DNA of 64,000 nt from an uncultured Chloroflexia bacterium (lineage in GTDB: Bacteria > Chloroflexota > Anaerolineae > Anaerolineales > Anaerolineaceae), in contig CAVQOS010000022.1 of NCBI GenBank assembly GCA_963714465.1, positions 25,433 through 89,432 on the forward strand, given 5' to 3'. The notes beneath the pieces are model-generated. The model was given only the letters and a program-made list of their open reading frames with translations, was not told where the DNA came from and did not search any database. Of the stretch, positions 36,948 to 47,183 are shown one piece after another (positions within the stretch are counted from its first letter, which is position 1; every line of letters starts with the position of its first letter). The position numbers were made by a program, and so were the translations under genes.

Positions 36948-38861
36948 GTGGCTGAATGGCTGGATAGCATCTTAAGAGTATTGATCACGATCAGCCAGAT
37001 TTTGACATCTGGCATCGCAATTACGGCTTTTGCATTACTCCTCTATGCCTTAACCTTTAATTTAAGAGACCGGGTCGCCCGTTCGTTTGCGATTATCTTG
37101 ATCTGCCTGGTCGTCCTTTTCTCGGCTGATTCCTTCGGCAGCACCGCGCAGACAGTGGCAGGGATTGGTTTTTGGCTGAATGTTCAATGGGTCGGCATTA
37201 TTTTCCTACCTGTTTCGTTCCTGAACTTTTCCGACGCGCTTCTCTCCACCACCGGCAGACCCTCACGCTGGCGCCGGCGCTGGGCGATCCGCGTGTCTTT
37301 ATTGATATCTGTTTTCTTCTTCGTCGCGTTGATCATTGGACAATTTGCTGGACCAGTGATCACAGAAAATACCGTGGCGCCGCACAATCAGCAGACCGTT
37401 CTCACTGAAGCATTTACGATTTTCTACATGGTGATCATGGTGATGGCATGGTTCAATTTCATCCGTGCCTATCGAAGAACCTTAACCCACTCCAGCCACA
37501 GGCGGATGTTATATCTCACCACATCAGCCCTGGGTCCAGCTTTAGGCTCATTTCCATTTTTACTGTACAGTTCGTCTTTTGCAGCAAACATTCCCGTGGT
37601 TTTTTGGTTTATCACCATCGGTGCCAATGTCATCCTGGCTGTTGCGCTGATTGCGATGGCCTATTCGGTGGCATTCTTCGGCGTGTCATGGCCTGACCGC
37701 CTGGTCAAAAGCCGCTTGTTCAAATGGCTGTTACGCGGACCTTTTACCGCGAGTTTGACTTTGGCATTGGTCACGATCATCCGGCGTGCAGGTGATTTGT
37801 ACGGCAGCCCTTATACGCCATTCGTACCGATTGCGATGGTCGTGTGTATCCTGATGACCGAATACCTGATCACCATCTTTTATCCTTACGTCGAGGGATG
37901 GCTCTTCTTTGGCAAGGATGTGCAGGAAGTTGAAGCCCTTCGCTCGATGGAGGAAAAGCTGATCACACGCAGCGACTTGAGGCAATTCCTCGAAATGGTG
38001 CTGGCGTCAGTTTGCGACAGGCTGCAAGCACCGGGAGCTTACCTCGCGGCGGTTACGCCTGAAGGCATTGATATTATGTGCGAAACCGGCACCAGCAGGG
38101 TGTCGGATGAAAAACTTCAAGCTCTGACTACGTTTGTGAAGGACAATTCGGTGACCGGGTTTACTGCATGGCAGGGTGACGGGATCTACCCCATCATGAA
38201 TGGAATTGGCCAGGCAACACCCGTGGTCGAAGGATACCTGGGAATCGAAGGGTTCGGCGCGCGGGAAGAATTGGATGAAGATGACCTCTCCGCTCTTCAG
38301 ACTTTGAGTCAACGGGCAGCCTTAGCCTTGAAGGACCGCGAAGCCCAGGAGCAGATATTCCGCTCGTTGGAATTGATGTCACCCCAGGTTGAACTGATCC
38401 AACAATTACGGGCTGCCGGGCGGTACGACCGTAACGGTTTGATGAAAATTGAAACAAGCCCAAAACAGGTTGAAATGACCCAGTGGATCAAGGATGCGCT
38501 GACCCATTATTGGGGCGGACCGAAATTGAGCGAGAGTCCGTTGATGGACCTCCAGGTGGTAAAGGACATCCTCCCTGAACACGACAACAATCCACAGAAT
38601 GCCCTGCGCAGTATCTTGCGAACTGCCATTGAGCAAACACGGCCAGAAGGCGAACGAAAATTCACAAGTGAATGGATATTGTATAATATTCTGGACTTGA
38701 AATTTATGGAAGGGAAAAGAGTACGTGAAATTGCCCGAAGACTGGCTATCTCTGAAGCGGATCTTTACCGCAAACAACGCGTGGCTGTGGAGGCGATCAC
38801 CAATAAAATTGTCCAAATGGAACTCAAGGCGCTGGAGATTAAAAAGGGTACCAATGGGTAG
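36948..38861 (+). CDS. polytopic membrane protein with a GAF-like middle region and a C-terminal sigma70-region-4/LuxR-like HTH
   Basis: About 300 aa of TM helices come first. The C-terminus reads GKRVREIARRLAISEADLYRKQRVAVEAI. The start is GTG. Confidence 0.6.
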   Translation: MAEWLDSILRVLITISQILTSGIAITAFALLLYALTFNLRDRVARSFAIILICLVVLFSADSFGSTAQTVAGIGFWLNVQWVGIIFLPVSFLNFSDALLSTTGRPSRWRRRWAIRVSLLISVFFFVALIIGQFAGPVITENTVAPHNQQTVLTEAFTIFYMVIMVMAWFNFIRAYRRTLTHSSHRRMLYLTTSALGPALGSFPFLLYSSSFAANIPVVFWFITIGANVILAVALIAMAYSVAFFGVSWPDRLVKSRLFKWLLRGPFTASLTLALVTIIRRAGDLYGSPYTPFVPIAMVVCILMTEYLITIFYPYVEGWLFFGKDVQEVEALRSMEEKLITRSDLRQFLEMVLASVCDRLQAPGAYLAAVTPEGIDIMCETGTSRVSDEKLQALTTFVKDNSVTGFTAWQGDGIYPIMNGIGQATPVVEGYLGIEGFGAREELDEDDLSALQTLSQRAALALKDREAQEQIFRSLELMSPQVELIQQLRAAGRYDRNGLMKIETSPKQVEMTQWIKDALTHYWGGPKLSESPLMDLQVVKDILPEHDNNPQNALRSILRTAIEQTRPEGERKFTSEWILYNILDLKFMEGKRVREIARRLAISEADLYRKQRVAVEAITNKIVQMELKALEIKKGTNG

Positions 38862-38899
38862 GGCCAACTGATTATTCGTAAGCAAGGGAGGGGATTTAA

Positions 38900-39847
38900 A
38901 TGGAACAGGACGGGGTGATTCGGGAGGGTTGTGATGATGTCCCAGAGATCGACGAGGGATGGTGGTCATCTATTTTAGGTGATGAGGGTTCTTATACAGA
39001 AGATTCCAACAATGCGGATGGTAAAGTGGGGGTACAGCCTGCCGTTGGAGCGTTGGATTGGGATTGCGTAAAAGAATTATACGAACATGATGAAGTGGTT
39101 TTACTCAATGTGTATGGGTTCAATCGGGGCGGACTGTTGGTTCAGGGCGACTGCGTCCAGGGTTTTGTACCGGTAAGTCACCTGGTTGATATGCCTTCCA
39201 ATATCAGCGATGAGCAGCGGCACAATCTGCTTTCGGAATATATCGGAAAATCTCTTTATCTCAAAGTCATTGAATGCGAGCCATCCTGCGATAGGGTTGT
39301 GCTTTCAGAACGTGCTGCCCAGGCAGGCGAAGGAAAAAGAAAAGAACTTTTCGAGTCTTTACGGGCAGGTTCGATCCTTAGCGGGGTGGTCACAAATATT
39401 ACTGATTTTGGCGCTTTTATTGATCTTGGTGGTGTAGAGGGATTGATCCACGTTTCGGAATTGTCCTGGGGCAGAGTGGATAAGCCGGACAAGTTTCTGA
39501 CGGTAGGGCAGCAAGTGAGAGTAATGGTACTGACCGTGAATGTAGAGACCAGCCGGATTGCACTAAGCCTGAAACGTCTGACCCCCAACCCCTGGGAGGA
39601 ACTGACGAAGAAATACACCATCGGTGACACGGTCGAGGCGCATATCACTTCCATTCTTAAATTTGGCGCTTTCGCCAAGCTTGAGGAAGGCGTGGAGGGA
39701 TTGATCCATGTTTCCTGCATAGCTCAAGGAAACGACCATCCCAATCTGCAGAAGATGTTTGTGAGCGGTCAAAAAGTGACCGTGCGAATTCTACATATCG
39801 ATGCAGAAAGACGGCGGCTTGGATTGGGCCTGGTTATTGTAGAATGA
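38900..39847 (+). CDS. S1 RNA-binding domain protein (three S1 repeats)
   Basis: GFVPVSHL, GAFIDLGGVEGLIHVSELS and GAFAKLEEGVEGLIHVS. Confidence 0.85.
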   Translation: MEQDGVIREGCDDVPEIDEGWWSSILGDEGSYTEDSNNADGKVGVQPAVGALDWDCVKELYEHDEVVLLNVYGFNRGGLLVQGDCVQGFVPVSHLVDMPSNISDEQRHNLLSEYIGKSLYLKVIECEPSCDRVVLSERAAQAGEGKRKELFESLRAGSILSGVVTNITDFGAFIDLGGVEGLIHVSELSWGRVDKPDKFLTVGQQVRVMVLTVNVETSRIALSLKRLTPNPWEELTKKYTIGDTVEAHITSILKFGAFAKLEEGVEGLIHVSCIAQGNDHPNLQKMFVSGQKVTVRILHIDAERRRLGLGLVIVE

Positions 39848-42012
39848 ATTCGAAACCGGATCCAGCGCGGCGTACACCCAACAGCAAGAACTTGCTCCTC
39901 GAGCCTTTTCCTCCCAGTCCCACAGGAGGAAGGCAGGTGGTTTCTCAGATCCGAAAATTTGCCTGGGACCTTTTAGGCACCCTTTTGCTGCTGCTGGCTG
40001 CTTTGATCTTTCTGGGCACCTTCCGTTTTTCGCAGGGTGTGCTGATCAATCCGCTGGTAGTTTTGGTTAAGCAGGTCATGGGTTGGGGGATATATCTCTT
40101 TATTTTGACCCTTGTACTCCTGGGCGTTGTTTGTTTCCGACACCGGGCAGGAAAAAGAATTGGACTTTCACTTGGTCAGGTGGTTTCTCTAGAAGGATTG
40201 TTCTTTTGCCTGATCAGCCTGGCTTCAATTTTTGGCGGATTCTCCATCGATCGGGCAAGTTCAGGCCAGGATGGGGGAGTTATCGGATGGGGGTTGGCTC
40301 AATTTGTCTTTTCATTCCTGCCGGCACCCTTTGGAACGATATTTTTTATTGTCCTGAGCTTGCTCTTCGTTTATTGGGGGTTTGGGATTTCCCGGATGAT
40401 CGCACGGAATGTCAATCAATGGGTGGATTCTACTGCGAGACCGATACCTACCGCGGAGGAAGCCCGAGCTGACCTGGCCAGTCGCGAGAAAATGAAGCCG
40501 CGGTCCAAAGATCCGCAGATTGTCGAACAGCTGAGACCCCAAACATTTTGGCGGGATGACCGTCTTCCTCCGATAAACATCTTAATCCAGGATCAAAATA
40601 TCAAGCCGGATGAAGAGATGATCCGGATGAATGCGCTCACGATCGAAAAAACGTTGAGCGAGTTTGGAATTCCAGCAAAGGTCATCGGTTACCGCATGGG
40701 ACCGACGGTCACCCAGTATGCTCTTGAACCAGGTTTTATCGAACGCCCAGGTCCGGATGGTGAAATCATCAAACAGAAGGTCAGAGTTGCCCAGATATCG
40801 ACGTTGTCGAAAGACCTCGCCTTGGCATTATCTGCAGAGCGCTTACGTATCGAAGCCCCAGTTCCCGGTAGATCGTATATGGGGATCGAGGTTCCAAATT
40901 CCCAAAGCGCAGTGGTTCATTTGCGCAGTCTATTGGAGACCGAGGATTTCAAACACATGGGGTCGCCTTTGGCGCTTGCCCTGGGCAAGAGTGTTTCTGG
41001 AGAGGTCGTCCTGGGAGATTTAGCGCGCATGCCGCACCTTTTGATCGCAGGGACGACAGGCTCGGGAAAATCGGTGTGCATTGCCGAGATCACCGCCTGC
41101 CTGGTAATGAACAATACCCCGGAAGACCTCAAAATGGTGATGCTCGATCCGAAAATGGTTGAGTTGGTCCGGTTCAATGGATTGCCGCATTTACTGGGCA
41201 AGGTGGAAACAGACCTCGAGAGAATGCTAGCCGTACTGAATTGGGCACAAACGGAAATGGATGCCCGCTATCGAATGCTCGAAAGCGTCCATGCGCGTGA
41301 ATTAGAGGATTACAACCGCAAGATGCAGCGCAAGAAACAACCCACCCTGCCGCGGATTGTGCTTATGATCGATGAATTGGCAGATTTGATGATGTCAGCC
41401 CCGGAGCAAACAGAACATGGCTTGGTGCGGTTGGCCCAAATGGCGCGCGCGACAGGGATTCACCTGGTGGTTGCCACCCAGCGTCCGAGTACGGATGTCG
41501 TCACCGGGTTGATCAAGGCCAACTTTCCAGCCAGAATTTCGTTTACCGTTGCTTCATCCATTGATTCACGCGTGGTCCTGGATATGAATGGCGCTGAGAC
41601 GCTTTTGGGCAAAGGGGATATGCTTTTCCTCGATCCTGAGGTCGGCACATTACAGAGAGCCCAGGGTGCCATGGTGATGGACCAGGAAATCGAAAAGATC
41701 ATGATCCATTGGCAGGGTTTCAAAAAGGCTGAAAATGATGCTCCGCCTCCGTGGGAATCCCTCCTGGCAGAACAAGGTGGAGATGATTCCGACAAGCTCA
41801 TCGAACAGGCGATAGAGGTGGTAAAACATGCAGGCAAAGCCAGCGCATCATTATTGCAACGCCGCCTTCGGGTGGGTTACCCGCGGGCTGCCCGGTTGAT
41901 CGACGAACTTGAAGACATGGGAATTGTTGGACCTGGTGTGGGTAGCGGAAAAGATCGCGAAGTTTTGATCGACGGCGCGGCTGACCCTGAAACTGACGAG
42001 GATATCGACTAA
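39844..42012 (+). CDS. ftsK: FtsK/SpoIIIE DNA translocase
   Basis: N-terminal TM helices, Walker A GTTGSGKS, and a C-terminal gamma domain LLQRRLRVGYPRAARLIDELE. Confidence 0.95.
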   Translation: MNSKPDPARRTPNSKNLLLEPFPPSPTGGRQVVSQIRKFAWDLLGTLLLLLAALIFLGTFRFSQGVLINPLVVLVKQVMGWGIYLFILTLVLLGVVCFRHRAGKRIGLSLGQVVSLEGLFFCLISLASIFGGFSIDRASSGQDGGVIGWGLAQFVFSFLPAPFGTIFFIVLSLLFVYWGFGISRMIARNVNQWVDSTARPIPTAEEARADLASREKMKPRSKDPQIVEQLRPQTFWRDDRLPPINILIQDQNIKPDEEMIRMNALTIEKTLSEFGIPAKVIGYRMGPTVTQYALEPGFIERPGPDGEIIKQKVRVAQISTLSKDLALALSAERLRIEAPVPGRSYMGIEVPNSQSAVVHLRSLLETEDFKHMGSPLALALGKSVSGEVVLGDLARMPHLLIAGTTGSGKSVCIAEITACLVMNNTPEDLKMVMLDPKMVELVRFNGLPHLLGKVETDLERMLAVLNWAQTEMDARYRMLESVHARELEDYNRKMQRKKQPTLPRIVLMIDELADLMMSAPEQTEHGLVRLAQMARATGIHLVVATQRPSTDVVTGLIKANFPARISFTVASSIDSRVVLDMNGAETLLGKGDMLFLDPEVGTLQRAQGAMVMDQEIEKIMIHWQGFKKAENDAPPPWESLLAEQGGDDSDKLIEQAIEVVKHAGKASASLLQRRLRVGYPRAARLIDELEDMGIVGPGVGSGKDREVLIDGAADPETDEDID

Positions 42013-42019
42013 TCCATGC

Positions 42020-42048
42020 TTGACAGCAGCCCTCTGACCGATTAGCAT
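42020..42048 (+). promoter_or_regulatory. possible promoter
   Basis: TTGACA, a 17-nt spacer and TAGCAT. Confidence 0.4.
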
Positions 42049-42075
42049 ACATCAATCTTAATTATTGGAAGTGAC

Positions 42076-42699
42076 ATGCTTAAAGAAGGAACGCAAATGC
42101 AGGAAGAAAAATGGTCGCTTGAACAATTTCTTAGAAATACATTCAAACGACCGCTGGATTCGATCGCAGGGTTCCTGCAACGGGCGGGTGTGACGCCCAA
42201 TGGGATTACCGTGTTCGGATTATTGGTCAGCGCTGCGGCGGCTGTACTGCTCGGGTTGGGAAAGTTCACGGCAGGCGGGTTGGTGCTGCTGATCGGTGCG
42301 CCAATGGATGCTTTGGACGGCGCGCTCGCCCGCTTGACAGGCAAGCCTTCGAGTTACGGTGCATTCCTGGATTCGGTAACCGACCGTTACGCAGAATTGA
42401 TCCTATTTGCTGGACTCCTATATTATTACCTCCAGGCTGGCGATCAAACGTCGAGCTTGTTGGTGTTTGCAGCAGCCGCTGGCAGCGTGCTGGTATCGTA
42501 TGTTAAGGCGCGGGCGGAATCTCTGGGCTTTGAAGCCAAGGTCGGATTGTTTTCAAGAGTGGGAAGGTTGGTGGTTTTGATCCCTTGCTTGATATTCAAT
42601 ATACCGGTCGTCGCCTTGTGGATTTTGGCAATCTTCACCAACGTCACCGCTTTACAACGGTTCTTCCACGTCCGGAAGCAATCGCAGCTTCCACAATAA
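42076..42699 (+). CDS. CDP-alcohol phosphatidyltransferase family protein
   Basis: DALDGALAR...GAFLDSVTD matches D(x)2DG(x)2AR...G(x)3D(x)3D. Confidence 0.85.
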   Translation: MLKEGTQMQEEKWSLEQFLRNTFKRPLDSIAGFLQRAGVTPNGITVFGLLVSAAAAVLLGLGKFTAGGLVLLIGAPMDALDGALARLTGKPSSYGAFLDSVTDRYAELILFAGLLYYYLQAGDQTSSLLVFAAAAGSVLVSYVKARAESLGFEAKVGLFSRVGRLVVLIPCLIFNIPVVALWILAIFTNVTALQRFFHVRKQSQLPQ

Positions 42700-42730
42700 C
42701 CATTTCACTAATAGAGAAGGTCAATCAATC

Positions 42731-43546
42731 ATGCCCACAGGATTTACTATTTTCGGATTAACCATTCATTATTACGGTGTCATCATCATGTTTGGCGCAA
42801 TTGCTGCCGCTTTCATGTCTGCCTGGCTGGCAAAGAAACACGGCCAGGACCCTGACACGGTTTGGGATATGCTACCCTGGTTATTGGTCGCGGGGATCAT
42901 CGGGGCTAGGCTCTGGCACGTTTTCACCCCTCCTGCCTCCATGCTGATTGATGGCAAAAATCCCTACTTGATTCATCCGCTGGACGCTTTGATGATCTGG
43001 CGGGGCGGACTGGGAATTCCCGGTGCTGTAATGGGCGGGGCGTTGGCGCTTTATATTTACGCCAGGGTTAAGAAGACCAGCTTCGCCATGTGGGTTGACA
43101 TCATCGCACCCGGCCTGGCGTTGGCACAGGGTATCGGGCGTTGGGGTAACTTCGTCAACCAGGAAGTGTATGGTTTGCCAACCAATCTCCCCTGGGCGAT
43201 CTATATCGACCCTGCCCATCGTTTGCCTGGTTTTGAGAATGTAGCTTATTATCACCCCACATTCTTTTACGAATTTCTGTGGAATTTGCTCAATATGGCA
43301 GTGCTTTTGTGGCTGGGCAAAAAGTTTTCCGAGAAACTCAAAACAGGGGATATCTTCCTGATTTACCTGGTCATTTATCCGGTGGGCAGATTCTTCCTCG
43401 AATTCATACGCATCGAATATTCACCGATCGCAGGCATAAACATTAACCAAACCCTGATGGCAGTAATCGCCATTTGTGCTTCATTGGTTCTTTTCTTGAG
43501 ACACCGCAAGAGCTCAAAACCGGCTGATATAGTGATGCCTGAATAA
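42731..43546 (+). CDS. lgt: prolipoprotein diacylglyceryl transferase
   Basis: GGLGIPGAVMGG and GRWGNFVNQEVYG. Confidence 0.9.
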   Translation: MPTGFTIFGLTIHYYGVIIMFGAIAAAFMSAWLAKKHGQDPDTVWDMLPWLLVAGIIGARLWHVFTPPASMLIDGKNPYLIHPLDALMIWRGGLGIPGAVMGGALALYIYARVKKTSFAMWVDIIAPGLALAQGIGRWGNFVNQEVYGLPTNLPWAIYIDPAHRLPGFENVAYYHPTFFYEFLWNLLNMAVLLWLGKKFSEKLKTGDIFLIYLVIYPVGRFFLEFIRIEYSPIAGININQTLMAVIAICASLVLFLRHRKSSKPADIVMPE

Positions 43547-43620
43547 ACATTGATCCGCTCAACAAATGGTTGCCTGCCGTATAATGGATTAGGCAGCCAT
43601 TTTCGTTTAAAGGAGACATT

Positions 43621-44373
43621 ATGGAACGGTTAACCATTCTCGGCTCAGCATACGCAATCCCCAATCCCAACCAGGATAACAGCCACTTATTGGTTGAAAC
43701 ATCTAAACGGGTGGTGTTGATCGATTGCGGGAACCATCCGGTGGTCAAACTGGCGAAGGCAGGAATTGCGATCAACGCCGTAACAGACTTGATCATCACC
43801 CATTTTCACGCCGACCATGTCGCTAGCCTGCCCCTGTTACTGATGGATATGTGGCTTGAAAAACGAAGCGAGCCATTGCGCATCTACGGTCTGGAATTTA
43901 CCCTCGAGCATATCCGGCGCTTGATGGATGTATTCGACTGGCAAAAATGGGAGGGGATGTTCCCGATTGAATTCATCAGGTTGTCGGATTCCAGCGAAAC
44001 CACCTTGATCAGTGACGACCAGTTGAAGATTCTCAGTCTGCCGGTCAAGCACCTGGTGCCCAATGTGGGTTTGCGAATGGAATTTACCGCCCGCCGCTAT
44101 GTTGCGGTGTACACGAGCGATACTGAACCCTGTGATAATATCATTCGTCTTGCCCATGGTGCGGACGTACTGCTGCAGGAAACATCCGGCAGGGCAAAAG
44201 GGCACACGTCTGCCACGCAAGCCGGCGAATTGGCGGCTGAAGCCGGCGTCAAGCGCCTGATCATGATCCATTACGACTCGACCGTGCCCAAGGAGCGTTT
44301 GCTCGCTGATGCGGCAAAATCATTTAGCGGAAGGATCGACCTGGCCGAAGACTGGATGGTTCTGCTGGATTAA
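43621..44373 (+). CDS. MBL-fold metallo-hydrolase (RNase Z-like)
   Basis: The HFHADH motif, in a 250-aa protein. Confidence 0.8.
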   Translation: MERLTILGSAYAIPNPNQDNSHLLVETSKRVVLIDCGNHPVVKLAKAGIAINAVTDLIITHFHADHVASLPLLLMDMWLEKRSEPLRIYGLEFTLEHIRRLMDVFDWQKWEGMFPIEFIRLSDSSETTLISDDQLKILSLPVKHLVPNVGLRMEFTARRYVAVYTSDTEPCDNIIRLAHGADVLLQETSGRAKGHTSATQAGELAAEAGVKRLIMIHYDSTVPKERLLADAAKSFSGRIDLAEDWMVLLD

Positions 44374-44375
44374 CC

Positions 44376-44879
44376 TCACCACCCCTTCAGAAAATTCTCC
44401 CATTCCTGGTTATCCGCAAGGTAATGCCCAAAAATATAATTGGCGGAATGGGGCGGCTCTTTGGGAGTGGTGATCAAAGTCATTCCGGAATCGTTGAGGG
44501 ACATGCCCCCTTTGCGGTGATTGCAGCTTGAACATGCCGCGACGACATTCGTCCAGGTGTGGGCGCCTCCCAGATGACGCGGCAATACATGATCAATGAT
44601 CAAAGCGCCGCTGAGTTTTCCGCAGTATTGACAGGTGAAATGGTCGCGCCGCAGAATTTCACGCCTCGAAAGGCGTACATGCGGATGGGGTGCGTGTATC
44701 ATTTTCTGCAGGCGGATGATCGAAGGGATGGGGAACTCAGCCTGGGCAGTATGCACAACCCCTCTGCCATTGAGGATCAGGGAGGCTTTATCCGTCAGCA
44801 TCAAGCCGAGCGCGCGGTGGAAATTGCAGACGTTAATGGGTTCGTAATTTGCATTAAGAACTAAAACGGCATGCTCCAT
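44376..44879 (-). CDS. HNH endonuclease
   Basis: CQYCG...DHV.P...GG..W.N.V..C..CN..K. Confidence 0.85.
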   Translation of the reverse strand: MEHAVLVLNANYEPINVCNFHRALGLMLTDKASLILNGRGVVHTAQAEFPIPSIIRLQKMIHAPHPHVRLSRREILRRDHFTCQYCGKLSGALIIDHVLPRHLGGAHTWTNVVAACSSCNHRKGGMSLNDSGMTLITTPKEPPHSANYIFGHYLADNQEWENFLKGW

Positions 44880-44938
44880 ATTTTTTGGATTATAGCATCG
44901 AATAAGTCAAAGAGTAAAGAAAGTCAGGAGAGGAAAAA

Positions 44939-45850
44939 ATGCGCATAGCCATTATAGGCGGAAGAGGATTGATCGGGTTTGCATTGGCCCAGGAATTACG
45001 CTCTGCTGGTCACGAACCCTTACTCCTCAGTCGAAAGGCTGAAGGGAGCCACGCCATCCAGGGAATCCCTCTGGCCGCCTGGGATGGAAGAAACGCGGCG
45101 GAGTTGGCAGCCATCCTAGACGGGATGGACGGGCTGGTCAACCTGGCGGGGGAGAGCTTGGGTAAGAGCCGCTGGACAAAGAAGAGAATGAAGGTTCTCC
45201 TCGACAGCCGCCTGGTGCCTTCACGTGCGGTGGAACAAGCCTGGTCAATCATGAAATCACCTCCCAGGGTGTTAATTCAAGCCAGTGCTATCGGTATTTA
45301 TCGACCTTCCGATCAACCAACCGATGAACAATCTCCCCTGGGGGATGGTTTTGGGGCGGATTTGTGCAAGAACTGGGAAATTTCGACCCTGGGAGTGACC
45401 CGCCATCAGACACGCCATGTGATCATCCGCTCAGGATTGGTGTTGGAGCGAAAGCGGGGAATCCTGCCCCAAATGATGCTGCCATTTCGGCTCTTCGCAG
45501 GCGGACCCATTGGACCAGGTTCGCAGTGGATCACCTGGATCCACGTTGCTGACGAATCCCGGGCAATCCGCTACTTTTTGGAGAATGATAAAGCTGCTGG
45601 GGCGTACAATCTCACCTCTCCCAGCCCTGTAACGAATGCGAATTTTGGAAAGGCTATCGCAAAAGCCCTGCACCGGCCTTACTGGTTTTGGATTCCGGGC
45701 TTCTTACTCAAGCTTGTGCTTGGCGATATGAGCAGCTTACTGTTGGAAGATAAGAGGGTAATTCCAAGGCGGCTTTTGGACGAAGGATTCAACTTTCTTT
45801 ATCCAGATTTACCCACCGCGCTTGCTGAATTGCTTGATTCGAATCATTAA
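44939..45850 (+). CDS. TIGR01777/YfcH-like epimerase family protein (NAD-binding plus DUF1731)
   Basis: MRIAIIGGRGLIG, and the C-terminal PRRLLDEGFNFLYPDL. Confidence 0.85.
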   Translation: MRIAIIGGRGLIGFALAQELRSAGHEPLLLSRKAEGSHAIQGIPLAAWDGRNAAELAAILDGMDGLVNLAGESLGKSRWTKKRMKVLLDSRLVPSRAVEQAWSIMKSPPRVLIQASAIGIYRPSDQPTDEQSPLGDGFGADLCKNWEISTLGVTRHQTRHVIIRSGLVLERKRGILPQMMLPFRLFAGGPIGPGSQWITWIHVADESRAIRYFLENDKAAGAYNLTSPSPVTNANFGKAIAKALHRPYWFWIPGFLLKLVLGDMSSLLLEDKRVIPRRLLDEGFNFLYPDLPTALAELLDSNH

Positions 45851-45926
45851 ACCGCTTGGAAAAGTGAAAGGGTTGGTATAATCAGGACGTTAAACCTTTC
45901 TCACCCATCTTAAAAAGGAGGCCGCA

Positions 45927-47142
45927 ATGAACATTAATGAACAAGTCGAATATTTAATGCAGGGAACTGAATATGGCGACGAGCAGCTCAAACAAAATAT
46001 GGCAGACGAGCTGCGCTCACGGTTGATCGCATGTCAAAAAGAAGGACGTCCTTTGCGTGTTTATTGCGGTTTTGACCCTCGCACCACCGATTTGCATCTC
46101 GGCCACACCGTACCCATGCGCAAGATGCGTCAATTTCAAGAACTCGGTCACGACGTAACGTTCCTGGTCGGCAACTACACTTCGCTCATCGGGGATCCTT
46201 CGGATAAGGATATCCTGCGCCCGGTGTTGACGCCAGAGATCGTTCAGAAAAATGCGATGACGTATGCTGAGCAGTCGTTTCGCATTTTGGACCGGACGAA
46301 GACGGACGGTGCGCTTTAACGCGGAATGGCTCTCGAAGCTCACCTTCGAACAACTGATCCAACTGGCTTCGAACTTTACCCTTCAACAATTCCTCACCCG
46401 TGAAAATTTCAAGCTTCGTTGGGAAAAGGGAGATGCCATTTACCTGCACGAAACCTTTTATTCGTTAATGCAGGGCTTCGATGCGCATGCCTTGAAAGCA
46501 GACGTTCAAATCGGCGGAACAGATCAGCTTTTCAATATCATGACCGCTGCCCGGAAAATCATGACCTCGCTGGGCGACCAGCCCAATATTGCCATCATCG
46601 TGGGTATTCTCCCGGGAACTGACGGCGTTGTCAAAATGAGCAAATCGTTGGGAAACCACGTTCCCATCAATACCGACGCAGTTGACATGTACGGGAAGGT
46701 GATGAGCATTCCGGATAGCGCGATGGGGCAGTTCTTCCGGCTTGTGACCCCTTTGACTCCGCCGCAAATCGCTGAAATCGAAAATGGGGTAAAGGCCGGG
46801 ACGCTTCATCCGCGCGACGCGAAAATGCGCCTGGCTTTCGAGATCGTAACGGCTTTCTACAGCAAAGCCGAAGCAGAAAACGCGCAAAGGAATTTCGTCG
46901 AGACTTTCCAAAAAGGCGGGGTACCAGAAGAAATGGATGAATTCAAGTTGGATTCTTCTCTAACACTGGCTGATCTTCTCGTGGCTGCCGGGCTGGCAAA
47001 AAGCAAGACTGAATCCCGCCGCCTGATCGATCAAAAGGGTGTGAAAATCGATGGCACGGTTCTCACCGATCCAACGCAATTGATCCTGGACGAAGGCATC
47101 CTCCAGGTAGGCAAACGTCATTTCCTGAAGTTGATCAAGTAA
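45927..47142 (+). pseudogene. tyrS: tyrosine--tRNA ligase, interrupted by a +1 frameshift near 46308 (likely a 1-nt G insertion)
   Basis: ORF 45927-46319 carries HLGH. ORF 46264-47142 carries KMSKS and an S4 domain. The total is 1216 nt, which is 405 codons plus 1. Removing one G at 46308/46309 gives ...ILDRTKTDVRFNAEWL..., which fits the ILD..KTEVR.N.EWL pattern I recall in this TyrRS type. Confidence 0.85.
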
Positions 47143-47149
47143 ATTTGAA

Positions 47150-47183
47150 AAAAATCTCCTGACGAAGCAGGAGGTTTTTTTTG
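47150..47183. terminator. bidirectional terminator between tyrS and the SEDS gene
   Basis: The hairpin ctcctg-acgaag-caggag lies between aaaaaaa and gttttttttg. Confidence 0.8.

Noticed and set aside
44376-44879. The stand-alone HNH endonuclease as part of a defence or mobile element.
   Set aside because: No partner genes (methylase, ATPase, intron or intein context) are present, and its composition matches the flanking housekeeping genes.
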